Shown: positions 25,041 through 38,704 of the stretch, one piece after another | Position numbering within the stretch: the stretch's first letter is position 1 | How the letters are laid out: each line of letters begins with the position of its first letter | NCBI RefSeq assembly: GCF_001194135.2 | Contig: NC_069001.1 | Coordinates: forward strand, 964,448-1,007,949 | Length of the DNA: 43,502 nucleotides | DNA from: Octopus bimaculoides | Lineage: Eukaryota | Direction of reading: 5' to 3' | The notes under the pieces: generated by a model | The model's database searches: none | Seen by the model: only the letters and a program-made list of their open reading frames with translations | Told to the model about the DNA's origin: nothing | Program-made: the position numbers and the translations under genes

Positions 25041-25266
25041 GACTAGGGTGTTAGAAAACAACTACATTGCTAGAAATAAGAGCTAAAACATTCCAATGCT
25101 GTAGTTAATGAACAGGGATCATAATCATCTGAAAAAGTACCGACTGAGAATGCTAACCATTCGGTCTCTGTTAGTGTATAGGTTTGCATTCATGTGCATT
25201 AACTACAGCATTAGAGTGTTTTAGCTCTTATTTCTAGCAATGTAGGTGTTTTCTAACAGCCTGGTC
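25041..25266. mobile_element. Fold-back MITE with about 74-bp inverted arms
   Basis: The left arm gactagggtgttagaaaacaactacattgctagaaataagagctaaaacattccaatgctgtagttaatgaaca pairs with the right arm with few mismatches. Flanked by the 4-bp direct repeat atgt. Confidence 0.85.
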
Positions 25267-25561
25267 ATGTTTATCTTTTATTGGTTTCAGCTCAAAGCTG
25301 CAGCCATGCATATATNNNNNNNNNNNNNNNNNNNNNNNNNNNNNNNNNNNNNNNNNNNNNNNNNNNNNNNNNNNNNNNNNNNNNNNNNNNNNNNNNNNNN
25401 NNNNNNNNNNNNNNNNNNNNNNNNNNNNNNNNNNNNNNNNNNNNNNNNNNNNNNNNNNNNNNNNNNNNNNNNNNNNNNNNNNNNNNNNNNNNNNNNNNNN
25501 NNNNNNNNNNNNNNNNNNNNNNNNNNNNNNNNNNNNNNNNNNNNNNNNNNNNNNNNNNNNN

Positions 25562-25609
<48 letters not shown>

Positions 25610-25690
25610 TATATACATACATACATACACATGTGCTCACTGATATAAAATAATGACTGAGCAAAATTGAAGAGTGTGTGTGTGTATACA

Positions 25691-25741
<51 letters not shown>

Positions 25742-25886
25742 TCATATACCTGTGTGTGTATACATATATATTTATAATGTATACATGTGTATGTATCTAC
25801 ATGATGTATGCGAGTATATGCCATTTTCTATCATTAATAAAACTGTCGTCAAAAATGGGTCTGCTGGTTCTGATATAATTAATTAC

Positions 25887-25975
25887 CTTGTTGGCTCTTC
25901 AGCTTTCTCTTTTGCAGTGACATCAAAATCAACTTTCTTCACAGCTGGTCTGACAGCTCTGTCTTCATGTTCCTG
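25887..25975 (-). CDS. cnk: cnk exon QEHEDRAVRPAVKKVDFDVTAKEKAEEPT (89 nt, phase 0 to 2)
   Basis: Acceptor ttatcttccag|CAG GAA (NAGNAG); donor AAG|gtaatt. Phases match both neighbours. Confidence 0.75.
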
Positions 25976-26376
25976 CTGGAAGATAACAATCAAAGATGAA
26001 ATATTATTTAAACAGTCTTTAAAATAAATAATCTCTCTCTCTCTCTCACACACAAGAATCACAATTACACCATTGTACACTAAATCCAATAAAACACAAT
26101 TTCTTTAGTCTGTACTCAACATTGGGCATGGCATGTAGCTATACACACATATAGATGGAGAGATAAAGAGACAGATATATGGATAAATATACAAATCCAC
26201 TTTGTATATATGTGTAAAAATATTTATATATATGCTCACATATACATCATATCTTTATACATATGTACAAAATGCACAGAATGGATGTATATTTATATAC
26301 ATACATGCAAATACATGCATGTGTTATGTGTGTGTATGTATATATACACATACACACACTGAATGTATAAATTTCT

Positions 26377-26416
<40 letters not shown>

Positions 26417-27164
26417 TCACAGACCACAGATACATTTATAGATATATAAACATGAATATGAAAATAAAATAAAGACAAACTGATCCCAATGAAAATTGAA
26501 CCCTCATTTCTCAACCACTCAACTGCAAAATACTTTCTTTTAAATCAACCTAGATGTAAACAGAAGAACTCCATGACTATAAGAAATTTTGTTGAGATTT
26601 GAAAACCTAGCTTCATGGATATATATATGCGGAAAGTAAAAACTCTTCCATTCTCTTCCAGTAATCAAGATATCTTTTATAACACTGCACCAGAAATTTC
26701 TGTTCCCCATGATCTTCCATAGATCTTCAATTATCTTGTGTTTGTCTGCCAAGAACACTGACTTCAGTTGAGTGGTCTTTGCCTGGTATTAGGGATACGA
26801 AAATGAACATCTTCAGCATTTTAATGTCAGCTTTGCCAAGCTTGCATGGATCAGACAGAATTCCTTGAAATGTGTCCTGTGTAGCCAGATACCATTCCTG
26901 TCACCAGCAGTTTCCAAGCAAGGTGATATTTCCTTCCACGGCCAGACACGTTTCCATGAAAGATTGCTTGAAACACAGTGACACTCATCTACAAATATCA
27001 TGCAATATCAAGACAAATGAGCACTGGGCTTCTTTCAGTTTCTGTCAACCAAATTCACAACAATTTGGTTGGCCTGAGATTGCAGTAGTTTAAGTAGAAT
27101 ACACTTGAACGAGGTGCCACACAGTGAAATTGAACCCAGAACCATGTGGTTGAAACGCAAACTT

Positions 27165-27480
27165 CATAACCACACCCTCACACTATTCTGGAGGGTCTCC
27201 AAAATACAATGACTGATGCATGGCCTGTTGCTTAGTACAAAAGCAGTAGCCAGACAAGACCATCCCTGATGAGCAATAATAGAAAGGATGGGTGGAACGT
27301 GTCTGTAAGTCTGCCTCTTTGGTCTTGGGCTCATGCCATGGGTTGAGCTTTCATGGGAAGCGTCTGTACCAGCATCAGAACATTCTTGCAGGTTCTTCTT
27401 CATGGCCCAGATTTCAGATCTCAAGAGAAAGCCTACTGACTTGGTCCAATAATTATAGCTTGGCACCGGCATCATCACAG
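27165..27480 (-). mobile_element. Degenerate LINE (RTE-like) RT C-terminal fragment
   Basis: LLRSEIWAMKKNLQE ... PPILSIIAH ... SGYCFCTK resembles LLYGSETWT..K.L.. PPI...I..RR..LAGHC across frameshifts. Confidence 0.55.
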
Positions 27481-27539
27481 ATGCTGTGGTTAAAATGCAA
27501 AGAAACAGAACAGGCACCACAAATAATAATGGTTTAAAA

Positions 27540-27945
27540 CCAGCAATTCTAAGGGAGGTGATAGTCGACCAGATCGCCCCCAGTATGTAACTGGTACTTA
27601 TTTTATCAACCCTGGAGAAATGAAATGCAAAGTTGAACTTGGTAACATTTGAACTCAGAAAGTAAAAAAGCAGAAAGAATTGCTGCTAAGCATTTTGTCC
27701 GACATCATCATAATTTTTTCTCTCAAAGGAACAAAGCCTGAAAATTTGAGAGAATGGGGACAGTCGATTACATCAACCCCCAGTATGCAGCTGGTATTTA
27801 TTTCATTGACCCTGAAAGGATAAAAGGCAAAGTCGGTGTCGGAGGAACTTGAACACAGAATGTATGGATTCAGAAGAAAAGCTGCTCTGCATTTTGTCTG
27901 ATGCTCTACCAATTCTGCCAGCTCACCACCTTCTGAAACCATCAG
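27540..27945 (-). mobile_element. Two tandem family A SINE copies
   Basis: The same motif series occurs twice (27540-27710 and 27730-27945). Confidence 0.7.
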
Positions 27946-28099
27946 TAATAATAATAATTGGTTCTCACACAGGGTACCAAACAAAAAATAAAGGAAAAGA
28001 AAAACAAAAGTCTTCTGTCAACAATTCAATGACAAAACAATAACAAAACAAAATATAAGAACAACAAAAATAACAACAATGAACCCAGCAGCGGCCTCA

Positions 28100-28475
28100 A
28101 TCATTAGAGGCCTTTAAGTGGTCGTTCGACATGCTAGAAATAACAGCCAAATTTCTTCCCATGGTGGTCGAGTGGTGTTAGTACAATGGGAGTGGGTGAT
28201 GTTGTGTAAGCGTAATGTTAGTGCAGTGGTGCTGCTGGGATAGTAGCGGTGCTGGTATAGTGGTGTGGTGCTTAGGCTAGGTGTAGTGACGATGGTGGTA
28301 CACTACCCACCTTTAAAAAAAACGGTGGGGATACACTGGATAAGATAACCAGATGACTAGATAGATAGTGTGACATAAAAAAACCTTGTGGTCACGGCTG
28401 GAAATACCTTTGATCCTGTAGGTCTATTAATCCAGAACTCGCCTGGGGCTAAGTAACAACAACAGTAACAACAAC
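28100..28475 (+). mobile_element. Dispersed repeat family C (cgacNtgctagaaataNcagccaaat ... ggggctaaNNaacaac)
   Basis: The same motifs recur at 30260-30500 (reverse), 22380-22520, 23450-23620, 370-410 and 41880-41960. Confidence 0.6.
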
Positions 28476-28526
28476 ATTAGTAGCATCAAACGGACTTCAA
28501 ACACAAGTCTTGTTTTGCTCTCCCAG

Positions 28527-28559
<33 letters not shown>

Positions 28560-28935
28560 TACTGCGTACAAACAAACTACAACATACACACACACATACG
28601 CAACACAATTTACATAACACACACACACACACACACATCCAAAGTAAATAAAGATAGGAATAATTACAACATTTATGTACGATGACGAAAAGGGAAAGAA
28701 AACAGAGTCCATATATTTATAATTAACAAGTTAATGATTCATTAATACATCCACATGTACATGTAAAGTTATGTCTGGGAGGTTGGAACATGGATGATGC
28801 AGAGGGGGAGAGGAGGAGGTGAGTGTGTGTGTGTGTGTATACAAATGCGCGCGTGCGTGTGTGTGAGGATAGGAGAGAATTAAGAACGTAGGTAGGAGAC
28901 GATGAAACTGAGAGAGAGGGGGGGGAGAGGTGTGA

Positions 28936-28984
<49 letters not shown>

Positions 28985-30580
28985 TGTGTATATAGAGAGA
29001 GAGTGAGTGAAGTTAGAATGTGTATGATGACGGAATAAAGAAAACAATAAAAAAAATATAGATATATTGATAGAGGAGTAAGATGTACGATGCCTGTATA
29101 TAAGATGTAGGAAAGGATGAGATGAGAGAAAGAGAGACAGAAAAAACGATGAAAGAAATGAACGACCATGAAAAGTACAAAAGACTGAAAACTTGATACA
29201 ACAATTGAACATTATTATTATTATGAATGGTGGTATGCATGGTGATGGTGGTGGTGGTGGTGTAATAGTGTAGATGCTGTTGTTATGTTCATGGTGTATT
29301 ACAGTAAGGGTGGCAGTGTTGGCGGTGAAGAACCGCAGAGAGATGTTAGCGGTGAACTGTTGCTGTTATGGTTTGCCCTCATCGAGCAAAACCTAAGATC
29401 GCAGGCAATACAGCCATGACCATCTCACCTATTTCTTAGAACTTCATCCACAAACCTTGTCTTTTTTTAGTAGTGCGGCCTGATGAACATGTGTGTGTCT
29501 CATGTGGCCCGCTTGTCGAAAAAGGCTGCCTGTCCAAACAAGTTTATAAAAGTAAACGAAACCTGATGGCAGTTGGTTCTAACATGTCAGATGACCACGT
29601 AAAGGCCACCACTACCCCCTCAGCTACACACACACACACACACACACTTGTGTGCTGTGATTTTGAAATTTCTCAAATTCTGTTCATAAGCGCATAGCTG
29701 TGTGGTTAAGCAGTTCGCTTCCCAACCAAGCGATCTTGTTTTCAGTCCTACTGCATGGCCCCTTGGGCAAGTATCTTCTATAACCACAGACCGACCGATG
29801 CCTTGTAAGTGGATTTGGTAGATGGAAACTGAAAGAAGCCTGTCGCGTGTTTGTTCCCCCACCACCGCTTGACAACTAATATTGGTTTGTTTACGCAGCG
29901 GTTCGGCAAAATACACCGATAGAATAAGTAACGAGCTTTAAAAAAAATAAATCCTGGAGTAGATTCGTTCAACTAATACCATTCAAGACGGAACCCCAGC
30001 ATGGCCGCAGTCCAAGGCTAAAATCTCCAAGGAATCGTTCCGTCTTCCTCCAGTATTTGACTGGCATCAAATAGTTACCAAGCTCAGAAGGGCGAAAGGC
30101 AAGAACTAACCCCGGCGAGGTTCGAACATAGAACATGAAAAATGGTTCTGACTTAATGCGATACTGGTCACCCATGTTTGTTGCACTGGTGGTGGTGGTA
30201 TGACAGTAGTTTGTTAGTGGTATGTATGGTATAGGTAGTGACGGTGGCATCAATGTTGGTATTTAGACCCAGGAAAAACCCTGAATAAGAAAGACTTGTT
30301 GATCAAAAGCCATTCTAGCCGTGACCATTCCGTATGAAACTACGTTTTGCAACGTATCCTTTTTCTTAAGCCAGCAATGTGATTTGAGGGAAATTTGGCT
30401 GTTATTTCTAGCAGGGTTGAGCGACTGTAGATTAGAAAATCATTATTCTTTAACAAGAATACAATTGACAGTGACTTCGAAGTTCCGGCCAGGTAAGCCG
30501 TCATCGGACTGTAACTCATCTTGGCTTTATACAGCCTCCGTGTCTATAAACATACATATTTTGTCTTGTTTGATTTGTCC

Positions 30581-30619
<39 letters not shown>

Positions 30620-31911
30620 CAAATGAAGCGAAGCAGAAAAATAAATATATACACATATACACACAAGCAAATCAACCGAGATACAGGATAGTCATACACA
30701 CAATGGCAAGGAAGAGTGTTTAGCAAGTTCAAATTACAATAACTCCAAGAATATTATTATTATTATTATTATTACTAACCGTGTCCGTGGCCAGAATTGA
30801 TGTTGTATGTAACAACAATGTAGAGAAAAAACACAATGTAGGTAAGATCCAACAAAGAAAGCGGACTCCGAGTGAGTGTGTGTGTGTGTGTGTGAGAGAA
30901 AGAGAAACTGTGTGTGTTGGTGATGTGTATTTGTTAGAGAATGTAATGGAGAGAGGGAATGTATGTTTGAGTGATAGAGACAAATAGAATGTGTGAAACA
31001 GAAAGGGACTAAGTGTGTGTTAGAAAGCGAGAGAGGGAAAGTGACTTTGGTGTAAGGGTGAGACAGATAGACTAAACGAATATGTGCGTGTGTGTGTGTG
31101 TCAGAGAAAGAATGAATGAGTGTGTGTGTGAGGAGGAAAGAGGTTCTGTATGTATGTGTATTAATGAATGACAGAATGTGTACGAGAGGGAGAGAGAGAG
31201 AGAATGTGTGTGTGTTAGTGTTATGTGCTTTTGGCGAAGTTAGTTTCAAAAGCAGGAACTAGCATCGCTCCATCATCATCATGGTAATACAACCCAATAT
31301 ACGGCGGTGGTGTTATTCTAGTCTAGTTAATGGTGATGATGTGGTATTCATCCCAGATCGCACCTTAATAAAATTCATAAATATCTATTGTCGTCCAACA
31401 ACAGCGAAACAACAGTTGCTGTTGCTTCCAACTCTCCTTCTGACGTCTGCTGTCTGCTCGAGGATTTGTGCAGGGTTTGTTTTTTTGTTATTCTTTTTGT
31501 AATAACAGCTCACCACCACCACCACCACCACCACCACCACCACACACTCGTTATATACACACACTCATCCTATACATACAGCAGCAGCAGCCTAGACACA
31601 CACACACACACACATTCAATGTTCTCTCAACGCGCGCGCGCGCAGACTGCTTCTTTTTCTAGTTTCTGCTTTCTTTGACTAAACCGGATTGCTTAACAGG
31701 TTTGTGTGTGTGTGTGTGTGTGTTCGTTCAGTGTAGACGTTTCTGAAGATGTGTGTGCGTGTATACACGTACATATTAGAATATGTATGTGTAGTGTGTG
31801 TGTGTCAGAACACTATGTGTACGTGTGTGCGTATATATTTACACACAAAATGACTAGAAAACACTTAGGGACTCTTATGCATATTTTTTAATGTGGTTAG
31901 TACTTATGTGT

Positions 31912-31945
<34 letters not shown>

Positions 31946-32284
31946 CCATACATAAACACACACAGCCATACAAACACAGGTACGTGTGTGTGTGTGTGTG
32001 TGTGTGTTTGCCTGTGTAAATCTGTATTGCCAACACGAAGTGGGTTCGCACCACTCACCTTATTCCACTTACATCACCTTCATTATGCTGACGATGATGA
32101 TGATGATCATCATCATCATCCACACCGCTATCATTAAGTACTAAAAGTGCTGCTGCTGCTGTTGTACAGCTGCCGTTAATTGATGCCAGAGCTGCATCTC
32201 CAGCTGCTATGATTACCACCACCACCACCACCACCACCACCATTATTCTACTGATGACGACGACGCTCCCCACCCCATCACCAT

Positions 32285-32322
<38 letters not shown>

Positions 32323-33117
32323 ATAGTACATTATGCCTACTACTACTACGACTGTTATACCATTTTACTATTTCCACCACCGCCGCCGCCGTAATTAACA
32401 CAACCGATGCCAACACCACCATGACAACTTTCTTCTACTACAGCATCTAATACTGTTACCACCGCTACTACCGCCACAACTACTACTACCAAAACTTTCA
32501 CCACCACTGCAACTACAACCAAGACCATCACAATAACAACAGCCACTGCCACCACCGTCAGCAACACCGTTAAAACAGGTGATGCAAAAAAAACTTAGCA
32601 GGTAACCTTCATCCACCTTATTACATTACTTGCTGCCCCCCCCCATTCCCCACACTTCTACCACACCCACCACAACACCGCCACCNNNNNNNNNNCAAGA
32701 CCATCACAATAACAACAACAGCCACTGCCACCACCGTCAGCAACACCGTTAAAACAGGTGATGCAAAAAAAACTTAGCAGGTAACCTTCATCCACCTTAT
32801 TACATTACTTGCTGCCCCCCCCCATTCCCCACACTTCTACCACACCCACCACAACACCGCCACCCATCCCCCTCTAACCTCATCCAAACAGGCAGCCAGC
32901 TACCCATCCTTAGTATCAAAGGCATCACGAAGCAACCCCCACCCCACCAATAAAGGACTAATAACAGACTTACACATCAAACACATATAAACAGCAACAA
33001 CAATGAAACACTATGTGGTCGTCAGCCCTGCTTGAAACAGCAGCCAAAAGAAATGTGTCCCTCAAATCACGCCCCTCATTGTCATAGCTGTTTTAATGTT
33101 CATTTTTCCTTGCTTAC

Positions 33118-33284
33118 CAGAGCCGGCCCTAGGGTTGCTGGTGCCCCGAGCAAGCTGAACTTTGCCATGTACAAGCTGACGGTCGTGGAAATTTCCTTGT
33201 TTTTGTTACGCCAGCCTCCTCCCTTGGTGCACCCCTACCACCCCGGGCAACTATCCGAGTTGCCAGTACCTTGAGCCGGCCCTG
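33118..33284. mobile_element. hAT MITE, 167 bp
   Basis: Imperfect TIRs cagagccggcc / gagccggccctg. Perfect 8-bp TSD ttgcttac at 33110-33117 and 33285-33292. Confidence 0.88.
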
Positions 33285-33527
33285 TTGCTTACTTGGGTCA
33301 GATGGAGTAAAGTGAAGCAGATTTTTTTGGTAAAGCCAGATTCTCTTCTAATCACCAACTCCAACCTGTTTCCAAGACTTCCCCATGGCCAGACATGTTT
33401 TAGTGGAAGATTGGGAATGATTGACACTGCTTGTATGACAGTGACACTTGTTTACAACTGCCACATGTTGACATTATGTCAAGACACATAAACCCACATA
33501 TACACACAGATGCGTGTGTATATATAT

Positions 33528-33563
<36 letters not shown>

Positions 33564-33662
33564 ACATCTTTTATCTTTTACTTGTTTCAGTCATTAGACT
33601 GCGGCCATGAGAAAATCTGCAACTGCTGAGCAGGTCAACCAGTGTAAGTTCATAGACGTGTG

Positions 33663-33703
<41 letters not shown>

Positions 33704-33900
33704 NNNNNNNNNNNNNNNNNNNNNNNNNNNNNNNNNNNNNNNNNNNNNNNNNNNNNNNNNNNNNNNNNNNNNNNNNNNNNNNNNNNNNNNNNNNNNNNNN
33801 NNNNNNNNNNNNNNNNNNNNNNNNNNNNNNNNNNNNNNNNNNNNNNNNNNNNNNNNNNNNNNNNNNNNNNNNNNNNNNNNNNNNNNNNNNNNNNNNNNNN

Positions 33901-34010
33901 CCACAACAGCATAGAAACATATATATATACCATGAGCACACATTCCCACAACAGCATAGAAACATATATATATACCATGAGCACACATTCCCACAACAGC
34001 ATAGAAACAT
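33901..34010. repeat. 45-bp minisatellite (ccacaacagcatagaaacatatatatataccatgagcacacattc)n abutting a gap
   Basis: About 2.4 exact copies visible; it probably continues into the gap at 33704-33900. Confidence 0.85.
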
Positions 34011-35172
34011 GAGCTATGTACATATATACAAACACACACACACTATACATACACCTACGACAGCATAAAAAAATGAGCATTGGTCATCATTTGATATCTG
34101 TTTTCTACGCTGGTATTATATACATGTGTATGTATGTGTGTGTGCTGGTACCACATAAAAAGCACCCAGCAGACACTCTGTAAGGCATCCAGCCATAGAA
34201 ACCATGCCAAAACAGACAATTGGAGCCTGGTGCAGCTCTCCAGCCTTGCCAACTCCTGTCAAACTGTCCAACCCATGCCAGCATAGAAACAGACGTTAAA
34301 TTATGATGATTCATATATATATACACACATACATACAAACAGAACTACTTGACACTGGCCATGATATAAAAAAAAAAGATGGAATTTCATTCCAAACTTG
34401 ATCTATTTCTACAATATTTATTGTGATTAGTGATTCTAACATTACTAACAATGTGAGATCAACAACAATAGACTAAAACAGGAAATACATCCAAAGGAAA
34501 TACATCCAAAGGAAATAATAAGACTTCTTTATACACAACGTAATGGGTTTTTCCCAATGGAGTATAAATGAAAAGATTTGTTTGAACTTTGACCGTGTGA
34601 GCATCCAACATACAATTGTCCATGAGAGAAGCAAGACTTCTAATTGCAAATCACTTCCTGGTAATGTCTGTCCCTAAGATTTGGTCTAATTAGAAATTGT
34701 ACTGATAATGAAATTCAACAGGTTCTGGCTTTTATACTTTTTCAAGCCGATACAGCTTAGCACCAGGGACATCACAACTCATCTCTACAGATGGTTGAAC
34801 TGAAGCAACATGAAATAAAGTGTCTTGCTCAAGAACACACAACATGGCCTGGTCAGGGAATTGAACTCACTACCTCACGATTATGAGTTCGATGTTCTTA
34901 CCATTGAGCCATGTATGTATATATGTATGTATGTAGCTAACATGGAAGACAGATATTAAGTGATAATATATTCATAAATTAGCCAATTTACCACATATAT
35001 ACACACACACGCACACACACATTTTACATAGATGTGGAAAACAGCATTTAATACAAATAAGAACCTAATTACTATCAATCTACTGATAAGTTCTTTTACA
35101 TGCTCTATTTATTAAATTACTACATTATAGAAAAAAAGAAAATGAGACACAACATTATTTTAGACCTCTATG

Positions 35173-35219
<47 letters not shown>

Positions 35220-35871
35220 AGATTAGGCTTAAGTTTATTATGATCTTAAAGATTCCTAACATAAGGGATTAACTCGGATTACCAGTCCATTGCAGATCAA
35301 CTTCCCAGCTATTCTGGAACTCTTTTCACAGCAGACAAACACATCTTTCATTTTTTTCTTGTTTCAGTCATTAGACTGTGGCCATACTGGGGCACCACTA
35401 AGAAGAATTTTTAGATGAATAAATCAACCCCAGTACTTTTTTTTTCTTTAATGCTAAGTACTCATGCTGTCAGTCTCTTTTGCCGAACTGCTAAGTGCTT
35501 GCATGGGTTGAACAATTTATTGAGGCAGATTTTCTATGGCTGGATGCTCTTCCTGTTGCCAACCCTCACCTATTTCCAAGTAAAGTAATATTTCCCCATG
35601 GCCTGACATGTTTTTCATGAATGATTGAAAATAAACAGCACCACTTGTATAACAGTGATGCTTGTTTACAACCAACACAAGATGTCAAAACAAGAGCAGA
35701 CACACACACACACACAAACTGTGGACTTCTTTCACTTTCCACTCATTAAAGGCTTTGGTCAGCCTGGGACTATAATAGAAGATACTAGTCCAAGGTTCCA
35801 CATAGGACTGAACCTGAGATCACATTGTTAGGAAGCAAGTTTCTCAACCACACAGCCACATCAGTGCTTAT

Positions 35872-35902
<31 letters not shown>

Positions 35903-36783
35903 CTGCATTTGTCCTCCACCACCACTTGACAACCAAGGTTAGTGTGTTTACCTCTCTGTAACTTAGTGGTTCAGCAAAGTGATACCTGTAGAGTAGACCA
36001 GGCTTAAAAAAGTTTAAAAAAAAAAAAAAGTACAGGGGATTAATTTGCTTGACTAAAAATTCTTCAAGGCAGTGCCCCAGCATGGCCACAGTGAAAACCA
36101 AGTAAAAGATAAAAGACCTGTGTGTGTGGGTGTGTGTGTGTTTTATAAAAATGATTTTCAAGAAAGCCTTCGTTATTATGAATTGGGTAGAATCTACCCC
36201 AAGCTGCTATTAAATTACAATCTTGATAAAATCTGTCTCACAGAAACATAAGGTCTGTTGTCATCTCGTGAAACACCGAATACTTTGGAACATGTGAAAA
36301 ACATTAAATTATAGAATCAACTTAAAACCCACCCACTTTACCAATTTCATGGGGGGGGGGGCTTTTTTATATTTTCTAAAGGATTAAGTAAGGGATTTTG
36401 TATGTATCAGGGCATTATCGTGGGAGTGTATGTGTGTGTGAATATGTGTGTATATGAGTGAGTTTGTGTACATGCAAGTGTGAATGTGTGTGTGTGTGTG
36501 TGTGTGTAAGAAACATGGGGGACTGGGATGGGTAGGGGGAAGATGGGAGAATAATTCTTTTCTTTAAAAAAAAAAGGAATTCAACACTCAGAGAACTTTT
36601 TTGATAACAAGAAAAAATAACAAGAAACCAAAGCAACCAATGTGACCACAAGTTCAATCCCACTTCACAGCACCTCAGGCAAGTGTCTTATACTAAGTAA
36701 TGTCATGGTGCATTAGTGGGATACTTTATAAGTGCAGTGATGCATCATTGCAATAATCCCAGTGCACTGGTGTTCATTCAGTT

Positions 36784-36860
36784 GTCCATTGGCTCGACTG
36801 TCTCATTGTCTGTCCATTGGCTGGACTGTCTCATTGTCTGTCCATTGGCTCGACTGTCTC
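36784..36860. repeat. 28-bp tandem repeat (gtccattggctcgactgtctcattgtct) x about 2.7
   Basis: Units start at 36784, 36812 and 36840. Confidence 0.9.
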
Positions 36861-37649
36861 TCTCTCTCTCTCTCTCTCGCAGGCCAGTGAGGATATCTTT
36901 AACATCCCATCTCACTTCCATAAGGGAGAGTTCAAGAGTTCAAGAGCTGCAGTACACAAATAAATTGCAGCAAAGAAACAGCAGAGCTTAAATTGGTGAC
37001 GTGCGATAAGGTGTAACACCTGTGCAATGTATGCACAGGCGTACAATACTGCAGGAAACAATTGCAACATAAATAAAAATAACAATTTGTGGAAGCATAA
37101 TTAGAAAGCGATGGGCAGGTTATGCATCATGCTGTTACAAAGTAGGGCAGAGAAACATGCAGTAGATGCACCACTGTACAAACAACATGCAAATAGGGTA
37201 CACGGCAGCAGCAGCTGAGTTGCAGGGAGCAATTCACCCAGGGTAATGTTTTCTTCTTTGGTGGTGGTGGTGGTGGGGAAGTTTCACATTTTTGTTTGCT
37301 GTATAAGGTTCTATAGGCTTGATGGGACCTTGACAAATGCAGGGGCTACTCCGGGTGTACACATGGTAGCTAAACCACTGGTTCTGCCTGCCATAAAATG
37401 TGACAGGTGCAAATGAAAGGCATGCACCACGCAGTTACAGCAAACATGCAACAACAACAACAACAACAACAACAAGTATGCAACAACAAATGCTGCACAC
37501 TTGTCTTTATTGTGACAAGCTTTGCATCTCGACCACAAACATTTCCACCCTGATCCCACCCACAAACATTTCTCACCATCATCAGACCAAACCAAGAGAG
37601 TTCTCATGGTCACTCGACCTGTTAGAAATAGAAGCTAATAATAATAATA

Positions 37650-37810
37650 ATCTTTTCTACTATAGGCACAAGGTCTGAAATTTTGGGGATGGGGGTCCAG
37701 TTGATTACATTGACCCCCCCCCCCCTTCCCCAGTGCATAACTGGTACTTATTTTATTAACCCTGAAAGGAGAAAAGGTAAAGTTGACCTCAGCAGAATCT
37801 GAGCTCAGAT
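37650..37810 (-). mobile_element. Family A SINE copy
   Basis: ctataggcacaaggtctgaaattttgg..ctggtacttattttatt..gttgacctcagcagaatctgagctcag. Confidence 0.7.
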
Positions 37811-38339
37811 AGTAGTTACAGAAAGATTGTGGGGGTGAGCATAGAGAGAGAGTCCAGCAAAGCTGTTCTGGATGACCTCAGTTACAGACGATTGTGACAC
37901 AATAGAGACATCAGGTCTTTGTTTCTGTCTTCCTCAGCAGCTGCACTTGGGAACTTGCTTGGAAATGGTTTTCAGTTGTCATAGTGATGGTGGTGGTGGC
38001 AGCAGTGACAAAGGGGCATTGTAAGTCAAAATGGGGACAGTGGTGGTGGTGGTGGTGATGGCAGGTGTCAATGGTGACAGTGGCCATGGGGGTAGTGACA
38101 GTAGTAGGGGTGGTAGTGATGACTGGTGAGGTGGTATTTATTTATTTATTTATATAATTATTATTATTATTATTATATTGAATGAGAAAAGAACAGGAAT
38201 TAAAGAAGTCTGTTACATAATTCCTAGTCTTTTGTGATTCAGTAATTAATATGAAACACTGTACTTGCCTAATGCTTTACTCTAAAGTACTCTTTCAGTT
38301 TAATGTTAAATCGTTTTTATTGTAAATTGAAAAAGAAAA

Positions 38340-38570
38340 AGGCAGCAAGCTAGCAGAATTGTTAAAAGGCATTGGACAAAACGTTTAACAGTATTTTGTC
38401 CATCTTTACATTCTGAGTTCAAATGCTGCCAAGGTTGACTTTGCCTTTCATCCTTTCAGGGTCAATGAAATAAGTAGCAGTTGAGGATTGGGGTTGAAGG
38501 AATCAATTCAATTAGACCCCCTTCCATCAAAATTTCAAGCCTTGTGTCTATAGTAAAAAGGATTATGACA
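38340..38570 (+). mobile_element. Family A SINE copy
   Basis: ggcagcaagctagcagaattgtt..ctgagttcaaatgctgccaaggttgactttgcctttcatcctttcaggggtcaat. Confidence 0.75.
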
Positions 38571-38704
38571 TAAAAACAAAGAATAATATAAAAAGTGCCT
38601 TTTGCAGTGGAAAATGGAAGCAAAAAACAAGAGAATAGGATCACAGACTCACAGGGATGATAGACCAGGAATCCCAGATGAAAATGAACAATGATAGTTT
38701 ATAC

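Noticed and set aside
32520-32865. Near-exact 165-bp direct duplication
   Set aside because: The two copies flank a 10-N gap and differ only in microsatellite and homopolymer length. This is typical of overlapping contig ends or two haplotypes, i.e. an assembly artefact.
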